Source: Azolla caroliniana
Taxonomy: Eukaryota > Plantae > Polypodiophyta
Reading direction: 5' to 3'
Length of the DNA stretch: 64,000 bases
Assembly: GCA_043228905.1 (NCBI GenBank)
Contig: JBHGNT010000009.1
Coordinates: 18,042,001-18,106,000, forward strand
In this document: one piece after another, positions 13,949-27,582 of the stretch
Layout of the letters: the number at the start of each line of letters is the position of its first letter
Numbering within the stretch: position 1 is the first letter of the stretch
Program-made: the position numbers and the translations under genes
The notes under the pieces: model-generated
Seen by the model: the letters and a program-made list of their open reading frames with translations, nothing else
Told to the model about the DNA's origin: nothing
The model's database searches: none

Positions 13949-14428
13949 TAACAATCGACAACGGTTCGGTTCGGTTTGAGAGGGTCCAAATCGAACCATT
14001 AAATTTTTTTGAAACTTGAACCAAACCGAATCAAACCACGAAACCGTTAAACATTTTCAAACCGTTAAACCGTAAAAACTGTGGTTTCGTGGTTCGGTTT
14101 CGGTTTTCAACATAGGTCAAAATTTTAATTTTTAATTTTTAAAAATTTATAATATTTAATTTTTTGAAATTTTTGAAAATTTTAAGATTTTCCTAAAATG
14201 TGAGAATAAGGTCTAAAAATGAAAAGATTGTTTAAAAACAATTTTTAGAATTTTTTTTAAAATTTTAAAATTTTAAAAAATAAAAAATAGAAAACCTTTA
14301 AACCGCGGTTTTTTACTGTTCAAACCGAACCGATAATAAAAACCTAAACCTGAACCTAACCAAACCAAACCGTTAAACCGCGGTTTCACGGTTCGGTTCA
14401 GTTCAAACCGAACCGTTGCCAATTGTTA
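13949..14428. mobile_element. Non-autonomous hAT-type MITE inserted in the copia integrase region
   Basis: TIRs TAACAATCGACAACGGTTCGGTT / AACCGAACCGTTGCCAATTGTTA; perfect 8-bp TSD GTTATCAT (13941-13948, 14429-14436); subterminal AACCG repeats; AT-rich core. Confidence 0.92.
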
Positions 14429-14446
14429 GTTATCATTGACAAGTCT

Positions 14447-14879
14447 TGTTGAGATACAAGCTCAACATTGGGTGCGTAACCCAGTGCGTAGACTGGGTGT
14501 GTAAAACCGTACGCACAAAGGCCGTAACGGTGCGTAAGCCGAGAGGTTGTTAGAGCGTTATTCCTCGTAAGGAATAATTTTGGAAGTTAGTGTAGGAGGA
14601 TCATTTTGAGCATTGAAGTATGTGCCAGTACTCTGACAGTACTTCTGTCTATCCATAAGGACTTGTATAAAAAGCGTCGATTGAGCACATCTTGTATAGA
14701 GTGACAGAGAGTTATTTTTGAATCTAAGTTTTGTGTGTTCTACTCACATTCTCTCTCATTCTCTGTCTCTTCTACACATTGCGTTGTGTCGTGTTCAAAG
14801 CTTTCCATTAAACCTTCTCTTCATCATTTGTGTTACACGGTTGTGTCTGTTACGCTTCCACACGCGCTATTCTTTTACA
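14447..14879 (+). mobile_element. Solo LTR (copia family of the 52124 element) nested in the copia element
   Basis: TGTTGAG...TTTACA with 5-bp TSD AGTCT (14442-14446, 14880-14884); shares caagctcaac and ggacttgtataaa..agcgt with LTR 52124-52555. Confidence 0.88.
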
Positions 14880-16227
14880 AGTCTCTACATCCCCTTCTTG
14901 CTCATGTGACACAACTTCTTGTGCCACAACTCACCGGCAATGTTAGTTGCCACGTTCACTTCCTCCCGACATCTTCAGGCATGCATTAGATATAGTGTGT
15001 TGGTCTTATGGGCTCGGACCACAATTAGGCTTCCTTTGCAGAACTTCAGGATGTCGTTCCGGATGTTACCTGTGTAGCCTTCATCTTCCAGTCGACCGGC
15101 TGATATTAGCTTAAGTCGGACTTTCGGAACGTGTCGGACATCCTTCTGCATTAGTCGACACCCAATCGATGTCACCAGACACACATCTCCTATGCTGACA
15201 ATTCAACATGCTCCTTCATTTCCCATCTTTATAAGACCGTGGTCTCCAGCATTGTATGATGAGAAGCACTTTCAATCAGGGGTTAGGTGAAACAACGCAC
15301 CTGAATCGACCACCCAGGTCGATTTGTCGCCGACAAGATTCACTTTGTTCTGCTCACTAATCAACAGTAGTTCCTCCTCACTTGTCGCGATTGCCGAGGT
15401 GTTCTTGTTGTCCGGAATCTTCTTTGGCTGAACACCGTTGGCTCCCCCTTTGTCTTTCCGATAGGGTCAACAATGTTTCTGGAAGTGCCTCGACTTCCCA
15501 CAATAGAAGCACGTGGGCCTCTCATTGACTTTGACCTCGTCCTCGACTTCTCTAGGTTCTAGGGAGTTCTATTTCGCCCTCTTCTGCGATTTGTGTCACC
15601 TTTCGTGACTAAGGCCTCTGGGTCGGAAATTGCCTCTCTATCCTTCCGACGAGCTTCCTCATTCAACAAGCTCGATTTCACCTTCTCTAGGGATAAGTGC
15701 TTCCCTTTCGGTCCGACATTTCCCAGTGTGACTACGAGCTTCTCCCAACTGTTTGGAAGGGATCCCAACAATAATAATGTTAGTACCTCATCGGTAAGAG
15801 GCACTTCTAGAGAGGTGGTTTGGTTGAATCTGAGCCCCTGGAAGGCATTTAGGTGCTCTGCCATGCTTGAGCGGTCTTGATACCTCAGTCTTACGATCTT
15901 CCGGAAGACTGATACTATGTTAACAACATTTTTTTCTCGAACATAATGTCGATCTTCTCCTAGAGGACATCCGCCTTGTTCTCCTCATTAAAGTTGTTGT
16001 ATAGACTCATGTCTACAAAACATCTTATGTATGTTGCCGCTTTTACATGCATGACTTCCCAAGTCGATGCATTGATTTTGTCGGGCTTAGTCTTCCCATA
16101 TTGCACCGGCAGCAAGAGATCTTTGCATACTAGCATATCTCTCATCTTTGACTTCCATACTGAGTAGTTGGAACCGATCAGCTTGAAAATTCCCCTAAAT
16201 GAGTCTTCCATTGCTCTAATACCAATA

Positions 16228-16785
16228 TCTTGAGATCGAAATGGGCCACAACCGGTTTATTATTACTCTAGCATATGTTGGTGCAAAGATTTGAACAAAC
16301 AGACAAAAAAAAACATAGAATACCTAAGATATTTTAACGTGGAAACCCTAGTAGGGAAAACCATGGTAGTCCCCGAACTCTGAACAGTTCACTATGAGAA
16401 AGGAGGAAATAAAAAGAGACTCGCAAGCGGCGACCTTGAGTTCGTCCTCTTCACCTGATTGCGGTTACAACAAAGATGCAACAACACTCTCTCGCTCGCT
16501 CGCTGTCTCCACTCTGTTACACAGTTACAACAATATGAACATCATGCATAACGTTTTTGCCCTAGTTATATTTATACTTGTATAGCTTAGGGTTATTTCT
16601 CAATCTGGTCTAAATAGGCACAACGCTAAACCTATTTACATATTTGGCCTCTTCCGGAGGCCTATCTGGATTCAATTCGGTTACCAATCCGGATATGGAT
16701 CCAGATCCGGTCTCTCTTTTCCTTCGGATCCTATTGATCTGGCTCGTGCAGTCCTTCCCATCCGGAGGGACCTTGTTTCCCAACA
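16228..16785 (-). repeat. 5' LTR of the 10.7-16.8 kb copia element
   Basis: On the minus strand TGTTGGGAAAC...TCTCAAGA, then tat and the PBS. Confidence 0.9.
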
Positions 16786-19700
16786 ATAGGAATGCATAGT
16801 GAAATATCTTGAGATGTAAAATCTCAACTTTTGTGCATACCTTTGATTTTCAAGTCAATTGTTGGCCAATGTCCCACACATTTTGTGATTACCAAGCTGT
16901 GTGAACATTAAACAATTGCCTTGCCTAACTTTCTCTAGTGCATGGGTCCTTGAATGACATTTTTGCATGAACATTCCAAATGGGCAATACCATTTGTGTT
17001 GTGAAAGTTTTGAACAACATTGTTATGAACTAACGAGTATGGCCTCTTTCCTAGGTAGGAGTACCAACTCTTAACTTTAAGTAATATGTAACTTTGGAAG
17101 CTGCTAAAAAGTTAGCCAATCATATACAATAGGAATTTCATTATTATAATAAACTCGACTTTCATTCAGAAACTATTTTTTCTATTGATTTGTTAGTTGA
17201 TTGTTTTAAGCAAAGTCAAGTGAGGGATATATTTGGAGTGTCTCTAGGTTAAATGTTTTGTAGTGTTTGCAAATAGCCTTGAATTTGGGACACATAATTC
17301 ACATCGCATGTATAAGTGAAGGTGAGGAAAAATGGCCATACACCAAAGACAAGGCTAAAGTTGCTAAGCTTTTGATTTAAAAGGACAGAATAAGTCATTA
17401 GGCACACAAAAAGAAGATAATTGAAAGATATGGAAACTTGAACAAATCCAAGTATACAAGAGGTAATTACTTGAAGAAAATAGTAAACGAAATGCCCAAA
17501 GAACAAAAAAGATGGTCAATCAAGACAAAATTTGCAATTTCTGTAGTCACCCAAGAATGTTGATAAATGTTGAAAGCATATATACAGGAAGAATGGATCA
17601 ATGCTACATAGTTTTATAACGACATTTAACTAGTATTTGATTCATAAGTTGTTTTCCCCATGGTACCTAATTTAAGAATTTCCATAATTCATAGATTCTC
17701 TCTAGCTAATTCCATAGCTTATGCAACAAAGGAGCAATTTGAGTCTTATTAGATAATTTATCATAAAGGACGTAACATTTTCACAGCAAGAGTTTCTTAT
17801 GGACATTGTTGTTCTAAGTCTTGTTGATCAATTTCAACTCAAATGCTTAAGATCAATCATAATTCACCACTTAATGGACTTTTCTAATAGTGCATTGGAC
17901 TACTTAGAGTGGCATCACCCACTTGAAAGGGATACACAAATTCTTTGCAATCCGAAGTGTTTACAAACCTCTCATCTTTTGGAATGGAAGGAAAAGCACT
18001 CTCTTTTAGCTGAGTTTAATTGTATGGAATACTTAAGCTTGGTTAACGTACATGATGTCATGTTCAAATCCTTAACAAGAAAAGTGGCTTTTCATGTAGT
18101 CAAGAGAATGTCAATATTGCAAGACCCAACACAAGATTTGTTTGAGGCTACATTAGAGTCTTCTTTTTTTTTCTTTTTTCTTTTTGCCATAAAAATATAC
18201 TCCATTGGTATTAATAAAAAGCCAAATGCAATATACAAATAGTACATAATATTGTTTCCTCTGCACAAATACATATTATCAAAAAACTACATTGTTGCCA
18301 ATAACACCTTTGCTAGCAGAGCACATATAAACCTTGAGAAAATTCCATTGCTACGTCGAGCTATAAGACGACATATAAACCTTGAGAAGGCCTCCACTTT
18401 AGCACGAATAATTACATTAGAGTCAACTTGTGCATTTTCATGTTAAATAAAACACACACACTAAAAACAACTTATATATATCATAAACTAAAATGTATGC
18501 TTACATACATATATGGTAGAATGGACAAGTAAAAAATGGGGCTTTTTTTGGGGAAATAAATAAATAAACAGAAACTAAAAAATGGGGCTTTATCTCAAGG
18601 TTTAATAGTTTGTGGCAAATTGTGTGCAAATAAGGTGGTAGTCTTATCTTCCTCTCAAAGTTAAAGCATTCATTTAGACGATCACGGAAGGTGGATTACC
18701 TCTAGTAGTTGTGTTGCGATGAAAGAGTATCGTGTTTAGAGTGTGTCTTTCTGAATAGTTTGAAAAGAACATAGAGGTTGACGGGAAATCCCCTTGCTAA
18801 TCGATCTTGTCTCAACTCGAGTTAGTAATGCTTCTCCACATTTTGACTTGTGTTTGAGTTCCTACAGTATTAATGGTTATGGCATAATTAGCAAGAGTGA
18901 TGCATCCTATCTTCCAAACCATCGCATTCCATCCAAAACTCAAATTTTTGTTGTTTTGTGTCTTTTGGAAAAACAATTACTTGCGATGACATGGTTTGGG
19001 CCCAAAATCTTACAAGCATGTATAACACTTGTTATTGACAGGACATTATTGACAAGACAAAGCTTCATAAGGAAGTCATTTAGACCTTTTCAAACTCTTT
19101 CCAAAACACGTGCGCTCATTTGTGTGTGTGAGAGGTTAGATTTAAAACCAAGTTTGGTCAAAATGAACCATCAACCACCCATACAACAAAACGGTCTCAA
19201 AAGGATTTATCACCATTGGAAATGACACTACAATGACCCTCCATAATGCTACACAACCCACTCCTAGCCCTAGAAGCATCCAAAACTAAAGTCTAGCTAG
19301 GTAAAAGACTTGGTCAAATTGATTAGCCATTGTCAATGTATTCACATCACTCAAGTTAAATGATTTAATATTTCTAATACTAATTTCTTTATATATTCTT
19401 GGAATACCCTTAGCTTGATATATCTTTTGGCCTTTCTCTTTCCAAATTGTTTACTTTCCCTACCAATTGAGCACCAATCAGCTTCTCCCTCCCACTTCTT
19501 TCTCCAATCGAGTTACTTCCTCCAAGACGCTTTGACATTTTCCTCTACCTCTTCCATATCTTATTATTGATATTTACATTTTTCACAACTACTACCTTCA
19601 CTCTAGCAAGGCATAACCGATTTGCCATCACCATCAACAACTCTTTAGTACAACCTATCAATGAATTGACTATAGACACATGTTCAATGACTCAACTCCA

Positions 19701-22379
19701 CCTCCTACCAATGAGCCAATGATTGGCACTATTGATGACACCTACCCACTTGGGTACACTCATTATTCACCTATATAACATGTATTGGTAAATTGTTGAG
19801 AGATGCTTTAGACTATTCCTCATCATTCTTCTTTACCTACTAATGTCGAATCGTTTATAAATCTTAGTGAAAAATCCTCTATAAATCTTAACTCCATATT
19901 TTCTATAAATTTTTATGTTGAATCATCCATAAATAATATCAACAAAATTGTCTATTTAAATTATTGATTAATCTTTTATAGAATTGCCGACAATTCATTG
20001 ATAAGTACTCTCAAAGTTATGCAAGCTCTCAACATCCATAAATCACCCTCAAGATCTGTCAAACCTACCTCATTGTTCAACATGGAGTTGTCTAAGCCAA
20101 ACCCATGCACTCATTCTGTCATAACTTAGGGTAGGGAACCTCAAGATAAAAGCTCGAGCAAGAATGCAAATCCCAAATGTTTGGATACAAAGAACCAAGA
20201 ACATTCCAAACATTGGTTGATTTACTTAGAACTTATATGATATATTTTCAAAGGGTATGCTAAATCAACACATTGTGTTAATATGAAATTCTTAACCAAC
20301 TACTACTCACCTTTCAGTTGCTTGTGGAGGCGATTTGCCAATTCCTTTCCCTACTTGAAAGAGGTGCACCTACTCATGTCAAGAACAACCCTTCCATGAT
20401 ACTAAATATCATACTAAGGTCTTTCGAGGAACTTAAAAAGAAATGAAGAGTAACATCTACTAGAAATACTAATAGAAATCCATGATAATTGTCGTGCACT
20501 CGCTCATATTCAGGATCTTGTCACTACAAGAAATTATTCAATGAATAAAATAATGGTTTGTGTTATGGGGAACAAAAGCTAAATTATGGACTAGCCAATA
20601 CAAATCTTTGCACGAATATAGGAATATAAAACCAAAGGCAATCTCTATTTTGAATTTTGTGTGGTTTATGACCCAATATCTCTACACCAAATTTAATGTG
20701 GTTGATGATGGATGATATGAGTACATAATTATGGAGGATAAGAGAGGTGGAACCCAATGCACCAAGATGCACTTACTATGAGCATGTTAAGTCAACCACG
20801 AGATGTTAAGTCAAGAAGAAAATGAAACGATACCATAATTACAATAGAGACAAATGGAGTTTCAATTTGTGGGAAAAACAAGCCAACCTACAACGTATAG
20901 AAGATGACATTGAGGAGATCCCATGACCTAATAGTATCCAAGGCACACCTATGCCTCATAAAGAAGTTACAATTTAGCTCAACCATATTACATGATGTCA
21001 TTACCCTAATCAATCCTAGCTCTTCGAACTTTTACTTCCATTTATAGGTTGCATACACGGAAATTGACCTAGCATGACAATTGAAACAAATTAACCTTGC
21101 CATAAGACATAATGTACATACACTTAAAGAAGGACGAGAGTAATAGCGTATCATAGTGCCAAACTCGTGAGTAGAGAAAGAAAGAAACACATCACTAGAA
21201 AACATGGTTAGTAAAGGAAAAGCCAAACATTATGGACTTCAGAACAAAGTCGATGTGTTGATTGCCTAACATCCTATTGAAGAAAAAAATGTGAAGAATA
21301 TGTATACAATCGATTGGTAGAAAAGACCTTGTGATTAGCAAAATCCTTCAATCAACCAACCAGAAGTTGGTCGCCTAGCCATGTTTCAACAAGTATGTGA
21401 CATGATCACAATGCATCATGAAGAAGCCCAAATCACATCAAGTAAAAAGATAGTATGGCTTGAGAAAGGTAGAAGAAGGCTTGGCAACAATATTGCTCGA
21501 AAATAAATAAACCAATGGATGGCTTGAAGAACTACAAGGCAAACCATGGCAAACCTAAAGGAGGAGTTCCAGAGCTCAACTTGGAAACATAAACTATAAT
21601 AAAGATCACTAAAAGGATGAAAGTTCTTCATGTATTTGATGTAATCCCCCTTTTCTCATCCTCCTTTCTCTGTCATCGACAATTATACCAAGCATAATTC
21701 ATCTTTTGAGCTTGCTTCTTCCATGATATTGATAACCATGACCTAGACACAGCTAAGTAGGATTTAGGGTTAGAAAGAGGTTCAAACATATACACATTTT
21801 CCTCCACACACACGTAAAATATAACAAGCATACATACATACATAAAAACATTCATTCATATATTTATACACATTCATACAATTGTTCATTCATAAACACA
21901 TAGATACATTCATACAATCATTCACACACACATACATTCATACATTCATACAATCATTTATATACATATACACATCCCTTTTTTCCCAAAATAAAAACTC
22001 CTTCTGTTAGTTATAAAATTTTACAGATGAGAGTGTTATATACAAATCCTTGTAGGGACGCAATAGTTCCATCTTATATATACACATCCCTTAAATCACA
22101 TACATATATATATGCATTCATTTATATTTTTATACACATCCATACATTCACACACATTTCAATTCAATCATACACAAGCATACATTCACACACATTTCAA
22201 TTCAATCATACACAAGCATACATTTTATACAATCATAATATCATTCATTCAAACAAACAAACACACACATTATATATGGACATACATATTTGTACATGCA
22301 TTCATAGAATTGTTCATTTATATACATATACATATATACAATCAATCGTCACAAAAGAAGTCCTCACTCAAACTTGTGA

Positions 22380-23810
22380 ATCAAAAGTCAAGGCATTTTG
22401 TATATTATAATTGAACAATAGCCCCAAATATCTCAAGAACTCGAAAATAATTTGGAAACGGGGTATTACTCCATTGTTCTCCGTATATGCAGAAACCCAA
22501 TCGAATAAAGAGAGCCTTACTATAGTCAAAGAAATCCACACTAAATTGATACACCACCAAAACATTATAGGCATCAAATATGAAAGAAATTGATGCCAAT
22601 TGTAATTCCATTGAACAAAAGAAACACATTCCAACTAGCAATCTTTCTTTTGTTTAATGCATCCCCCTATGGTAAAGCTCCAACCACAACTCTCCAAATG
22701 AACACTTTAGCTTGTAGCATCAATTGTGAACACCAACCCGTCGTGATCATATGAACAACCATGTAATAGGCTTTTTTAAATCCACTTATGTTTGTCAACC
22801 AACTTGTGATAAGCTACATTTGTTGATACCATAGTCAAAATCTAATTTTCAACAAACGCCCAATCAAATTCTTGGAATTTGGTCATGCAATGATAATAAT
22901 CCTTATAACTTATCCCAAATATAGTTGTAACCTCTTGAATACGAAATGTTGATCTTATTGTTCACAAGGGCATTGATCTTCTTTGTGGCACCAACATAAC
23001 ATCCTTCACTATTACTAAACCTAATCTACCCATTCCATTAAATTGAAGGTTAAGAAGTTGTTTATCTCCCTACCCCAACAACCTTGATGTCGTTAAAACC
23101 TCCATTTGTAATAAATTGGCACATCCCCTTTCTAATGAACGATGCCATTGCTCAACATTCTCTATTAACATGTCAACAAATGATTAACTATAATAGACAT
23201 TGCACATTCTACATGCATTAGAATTAATGAGATTCCACCTGAAGTAGTTTCAACTGTGATGTTTCCAAGATAACTTGTCTTCTAAATAAAAGATGTCACC
23301 ATTTCCCTCCAAGAATGTACATCACCAAACATTAATCGAATGAAGATAAAGCAACGAGCTACCATATACTCATAACTTTATATTAATGCCCCACCAAGAC
23401 ACTTAGAAATACAAACATGATCCTATGCTAACCACGATATAGCACTTCCCCTAAAGACCATAATTGATTTCAAGAGCTTTCTTCAATCATGGTAGCAAAG
23501 TAAGATAATAAGATACCATAAGGGCCATAATCGATTGAACCACCTTGAGCCGTACATAAAAAGGTTAGAAATCGAAACATCCAATACATTAACTTATCCT
23601 CCAATTTTTTAGATACCCACTAAAGAAGCTTCACATGAGAGATTTCCTCTGGATTGGATATCCAAGGTGGTGATGACAAATCATACTACAATGCACATCC
23701 ACCCTAACCCCAACATATCTTGTTCTATCCATGAAATTAGGAAACATTTATCCATGATTTCAAGAGAGACCTTTAATTTCGCCTTACGTCGATACAAAGC
23801 TCTTCAATGC
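22380..23810 (-). mobile_element. 5'-truncated, decayed L1-type LINE (end of RT plus zf-RVT)
   Basis: Minus-strand translation gives HHLGYPI..KKLEDKLMYW and AKVFIWRVVVGALP*GDALNKRKIAS-GMCFFC, resembling the RT-associated zinc-binding region. Confidence 0.7.
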
Positions 23811-23817
23811 CAATACG

Positions 23818-24900
23818 TTGGAGTTTGAGAAGTGTCAGGTAGCATTGGTGCATGAGATCTTGAGCATGACTTTGGAGAATAAGATTTTGTTTGACTACCT
23901 TCTTCACTTCAGGAAAGAGTATCTAGATTACCTCAAAACCTTTTGGCCATGGTTATTTGGCACAATTCAATATTCTACATGTCGAGAAAAGGTAGCCGAT
24001 TTGTCGTTTTTCTGAAAGAGGCTTATGATGGGACTAATTTGCTTCACAAGAATGAATGGATCCTTCTCAAAGAGGAGTATGCTGGCTTAATGGATGGCAA
24101 AAAGCCTCCAAATTTTGAAGAAAACAGGTTCATAGAATCAAGTATTTGTTTACATAAGAACAATACTAATGTTGCAACCACGAAAGTGTTGTCGCCTGCT
24201 GATGAAGATGCTGAACTTCATGCTCTGGTGAGCCTCCTTAAGAATATGAAGGAAGAAGATGTGGATCATTACTTTTACATTTATTTTTCTGTTTTAGTCA
24301 ATGCTGTCAAAATTGCTTTCCATCCATTCTTAAAGGAATCTTTTGGACGTTTGTAGTTACAAACATGTTTGGAAACTAAAAATCTTATGGAATTCTTACC
24401 AGATAAAAAAAAAACACTGTGCTGTAAAGCTGGAATGTGTACCAAAAATTGCACTTCAATCCTTCGGAGGCTGGGAAATTGTCTTCTTCTCAAGCCCTTT
24501 GCATGCATGTATGCAAGAAGAACTTACCGGTTACCCTCCACTAAGCTGAATTACATCTGAAACCAAAAATGAGTTGCTCATATGCTGGAATGTCACTTCA
24601 AAACTCAACCCATGCAATAAGGGCCACCTGGGGGGGTGGGGCTATGCAAATTCAGAAGGCTCAATCAGATGCATGTTGTTGGCATTCATTACTTTACTTC
24701 TTGGTATTGGGTTGAAAGCCAAAAGAACAGGATATGCCTCACAAACAGATGAGATTATCAATAGTGTTCTGTTTGAGTTGGAAACCTCATCATACTTCGT
24801 CTCTCTTGTGGTGTTTGTCAACCCATTGGCTAAGTTTCTGACATTCAACCATGCTGGCTAGAAATTTAGCCAAACTAGACCCCACTATAATTGTCAAAAA
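23818..24900 (+). pseudogene. Frameshifted coding region of unknown family
   Basis: ORFs 23818, 23943, 24343/24369 and 24574 join into one protein-like frame through shifts at homopolymer runs; no motif recognised. Confidence 0.35.
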
Positions 24901-26496
24901 CCAGCCTATGAAACAAGTCAAGGTTACAAATATGGGGGATGTCAGTTTATCGACATTTTTCAAAAACAAAAGCTCTTAATGTATGAGATGGCTTTACATT
25001 GTGAAACATTCAAGATGGTTTTACAAGATTGAACTGCATGACTATTCCATATGGGTTGAATGGGTGGTAAGTGGATGTGGAATCTATTGTTTGTTGGTGT
25101 CACGGTGGAGTGAGGCCCGTCAACTGTTTTGCATTTTGGATGTCCGAGGGTAGTGTATTTGGGAAAGAGTGTGGGATACTTCTGTTGAGTATGTTTATAG
25201 AGTATACTCTCAGCATATCTATACAGTGTTTCTTGCTCCCGACCTCAATGCCAATTAACTTGCAATGTTTGTCGCCCCTAGGTATGTGGACATCTCATTA
25301 TGCTTCAGTCTCTAGGTGATGTGAGGAAACTTTGAGCTGGCCTGTATTGCTCTACGAGCAACCATGGGTTATAAGCACATCAATGTACTGCAGTTTCTAC
25401 AGGAATCAATCCTTTGAGAAGCTCAAGAAATGATCTTTGTAGTAGGCCATGTGATCCAAGTCTTTTGGGGTGTGGAATGACCATAGATCTTGTCGCAATA
25501 CCATGTTTTTCTCATTATCATTGAGAAGCATAAATTATTGGCTGAATGTTTGATGTTTGGCTCATTATTGTCATCATTTTCCATTGATACATATCAACTA
25601 ATTATTTGAGGTGACATGGTTCGAATGTGATTGATTGATTGTCGAAGAATAATCCTTTTTACCGTTGTATAGAATTCAGGAAACTCTGTTTGAATGATCT
25701 TTGTGGGATATACTTTGCAATTTATCATCCATGACAACATGATGGAATAGATGCTGTAGTTTGATAGTTTTTGATGCGGAGGACCTGAAGCCCACATGAA
25801 GGGGTTTAAACCATAGTGATGAGTAACCATACTTTGGCATCCAGTTAAGAAGGAAAAGGATTACATAAATCGACTTGAAGTGCTTGAACATAAGTGCTAT
25901 CTAGCCATGTGTTTGCTACATTTCCACCCAGCATATTTTTCCACTATTGTCTGCATCATTGCAGAGAATTGTCTTAATTATTTATTAACCTGGTCTTGTT
26001 GGTGAAATATTGAAGGATTAAAGTTAAATGCATAGGAATTTTTAGATTAGGAATAGAATTTATATTCATTTTAGCATCTGATGAGAGATTTATATTCATT
26101 TCAGCAGAGCAGAGACTAGATGAAAAAGAAGTGGAAGACATAAGAGAGAAGTGATATATAAGAGTTATTCTGAGAGGGAAACCAAACCCTAAAATGCTAT
26201 TTCAGGAAAGAAGAACGCACAGAGAGAGAGAGAGAGACAATGAAGAGAAGCCCTAGAGGTTTTGCTTGATAGTTTGCTTTAATCCTTTGTAGCAGAAGAA
26301 GGAAGGCGCGATGGAGTCTCAAAATTTTCTAAGGTGTTGGGTGTTGTAAAATTATTTATATAGGAACCCTAATTAATTAGGTTTATTAAAACCTGTAAAT
26401 TATATATGTATAGGTCGCGAAGCGCCTACCAGAAGCAAATGCCCAACCTTCTCTTCTGCTCTGCTCTGTTTGTGTTCTGTCTCTCTGGCAGCCCAA

Positions 26497-27542
26497 GTGA
26501 GAAAAGAAAGGAAAACACACAGAAAGAAAGGTTTCCATTTCCATCAATAAATTATGGGCAGCCATCCCATCCCATCGCATTTCATTTGTCCCACATACAA
26601 CGGCAGAATGGGGGGGGGGGCAGGCATGAAGAAGAAGGAGAAACCCACAATCATATATGTATGTATGTATATGTAATGGACACACAAACTTTGGGCCTAA
26701 ATGTCACGATACATGTGGAAATGGGCAGCCATATGCCCATCCCATATGTCCCACATACAAATGGCATCTATCCCATATGTCCCACATACAATGGCATATG
26801 ACCACGAACCCTATAAATAGGGACTAGGGGGCCACTTGTGCTTCACATACAAAAATCATGGCTAAGAACAAAGTCCTCTTAGCTATGAAAAAGGCCATGG
26901 CTTGCATTGAGCAAGATGTGGCTTATTGCCTCTTAGTCCTCTCCGTCCTCTCAGCCTTCAGAAAAGTGGAGCAAGAAAGAAGGGAAGAAAGGAGTAAGAA
27001 TAAGGCCAAAATATGGCCTCTCCCATAAATCGGGAGTGGCCATAACTGGTATAACGCCCATCAGGTGTCCAGGGGACACCACCCCCCCCAAAACCCTAAA
27101 CCCAAGGAGGAGTAAAAATATGGCACCCTCCCATAAATCGAGAGTGGCCATAATTGGTATACCGTAGTAGTTCTTACCATAATTTTCTACACGCGAGGAC
27201 AAGAAGGTTAATTAAGAATATATAAAAGAAGGGAGGATTAGTTTTACATCCTCGAGATTGGGACAACCCTTAAGAGCCAAGTTTGAAATTGCGTAGGGGC
27301 CAAGGGGTCAAGCTATCAATATGACTTTGACGTGTGGCTGACCTCATTAGGGGATCAGACAACTACATTGAGATTGTGATCTTGTGGTGAACAGACTCTT
27401 GTGGCAAGCACACACTAGTACTAGTTGAAGCCCATAATAGTAGTGGTAATTTTCTCCTACTCCTCTTTGTGGTGGTCAGGCATCATTTTCTTGTGAATAT
27501 AGTTTCTTGTTTTTTGTTTATCTCTAGCTCTGTCACGGTCAA

Positions 27543-27582
<40 letters not shown>

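Larger units (their letters stand above)
10692..16785 (-). mobile_element. Full-length but decayed Ty1/copia element with two LTRs and two nested insertions
   Basis: 5' LTR 16228-16785; PBS tggtattagagc at 16213-16224; gag MEDSFRGIFKLIGSNYSVWK; PR, INT, RT and RH fragments ending GLTNHPMPE; PPT next to the 3' LTR 10692-11231; flanks cccca / atagg do not form a TSD. Confidence 0.93.

Noticed and set aside
18600-20400. Possible minus-strand L1 ORF1/endonuclease relic (DASRARSG..ALW)
   Set aside because: Too degraded to set boundaries or confirm by eye
20522-20533. CACTACAAGAAA as a CACTA transposon end
   Set aside because: No matching inverted end downstream, no subterminal repeats and no transposase seen
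20780-21620. Purine-rich coding-like stretch
   Set aside because: Stops in all frames and no motif; cannot be called
21800-22414. His/Thr/Ile-rich ORFs
   Set aside because: Translation of low-complexity CATA/CACA repeats
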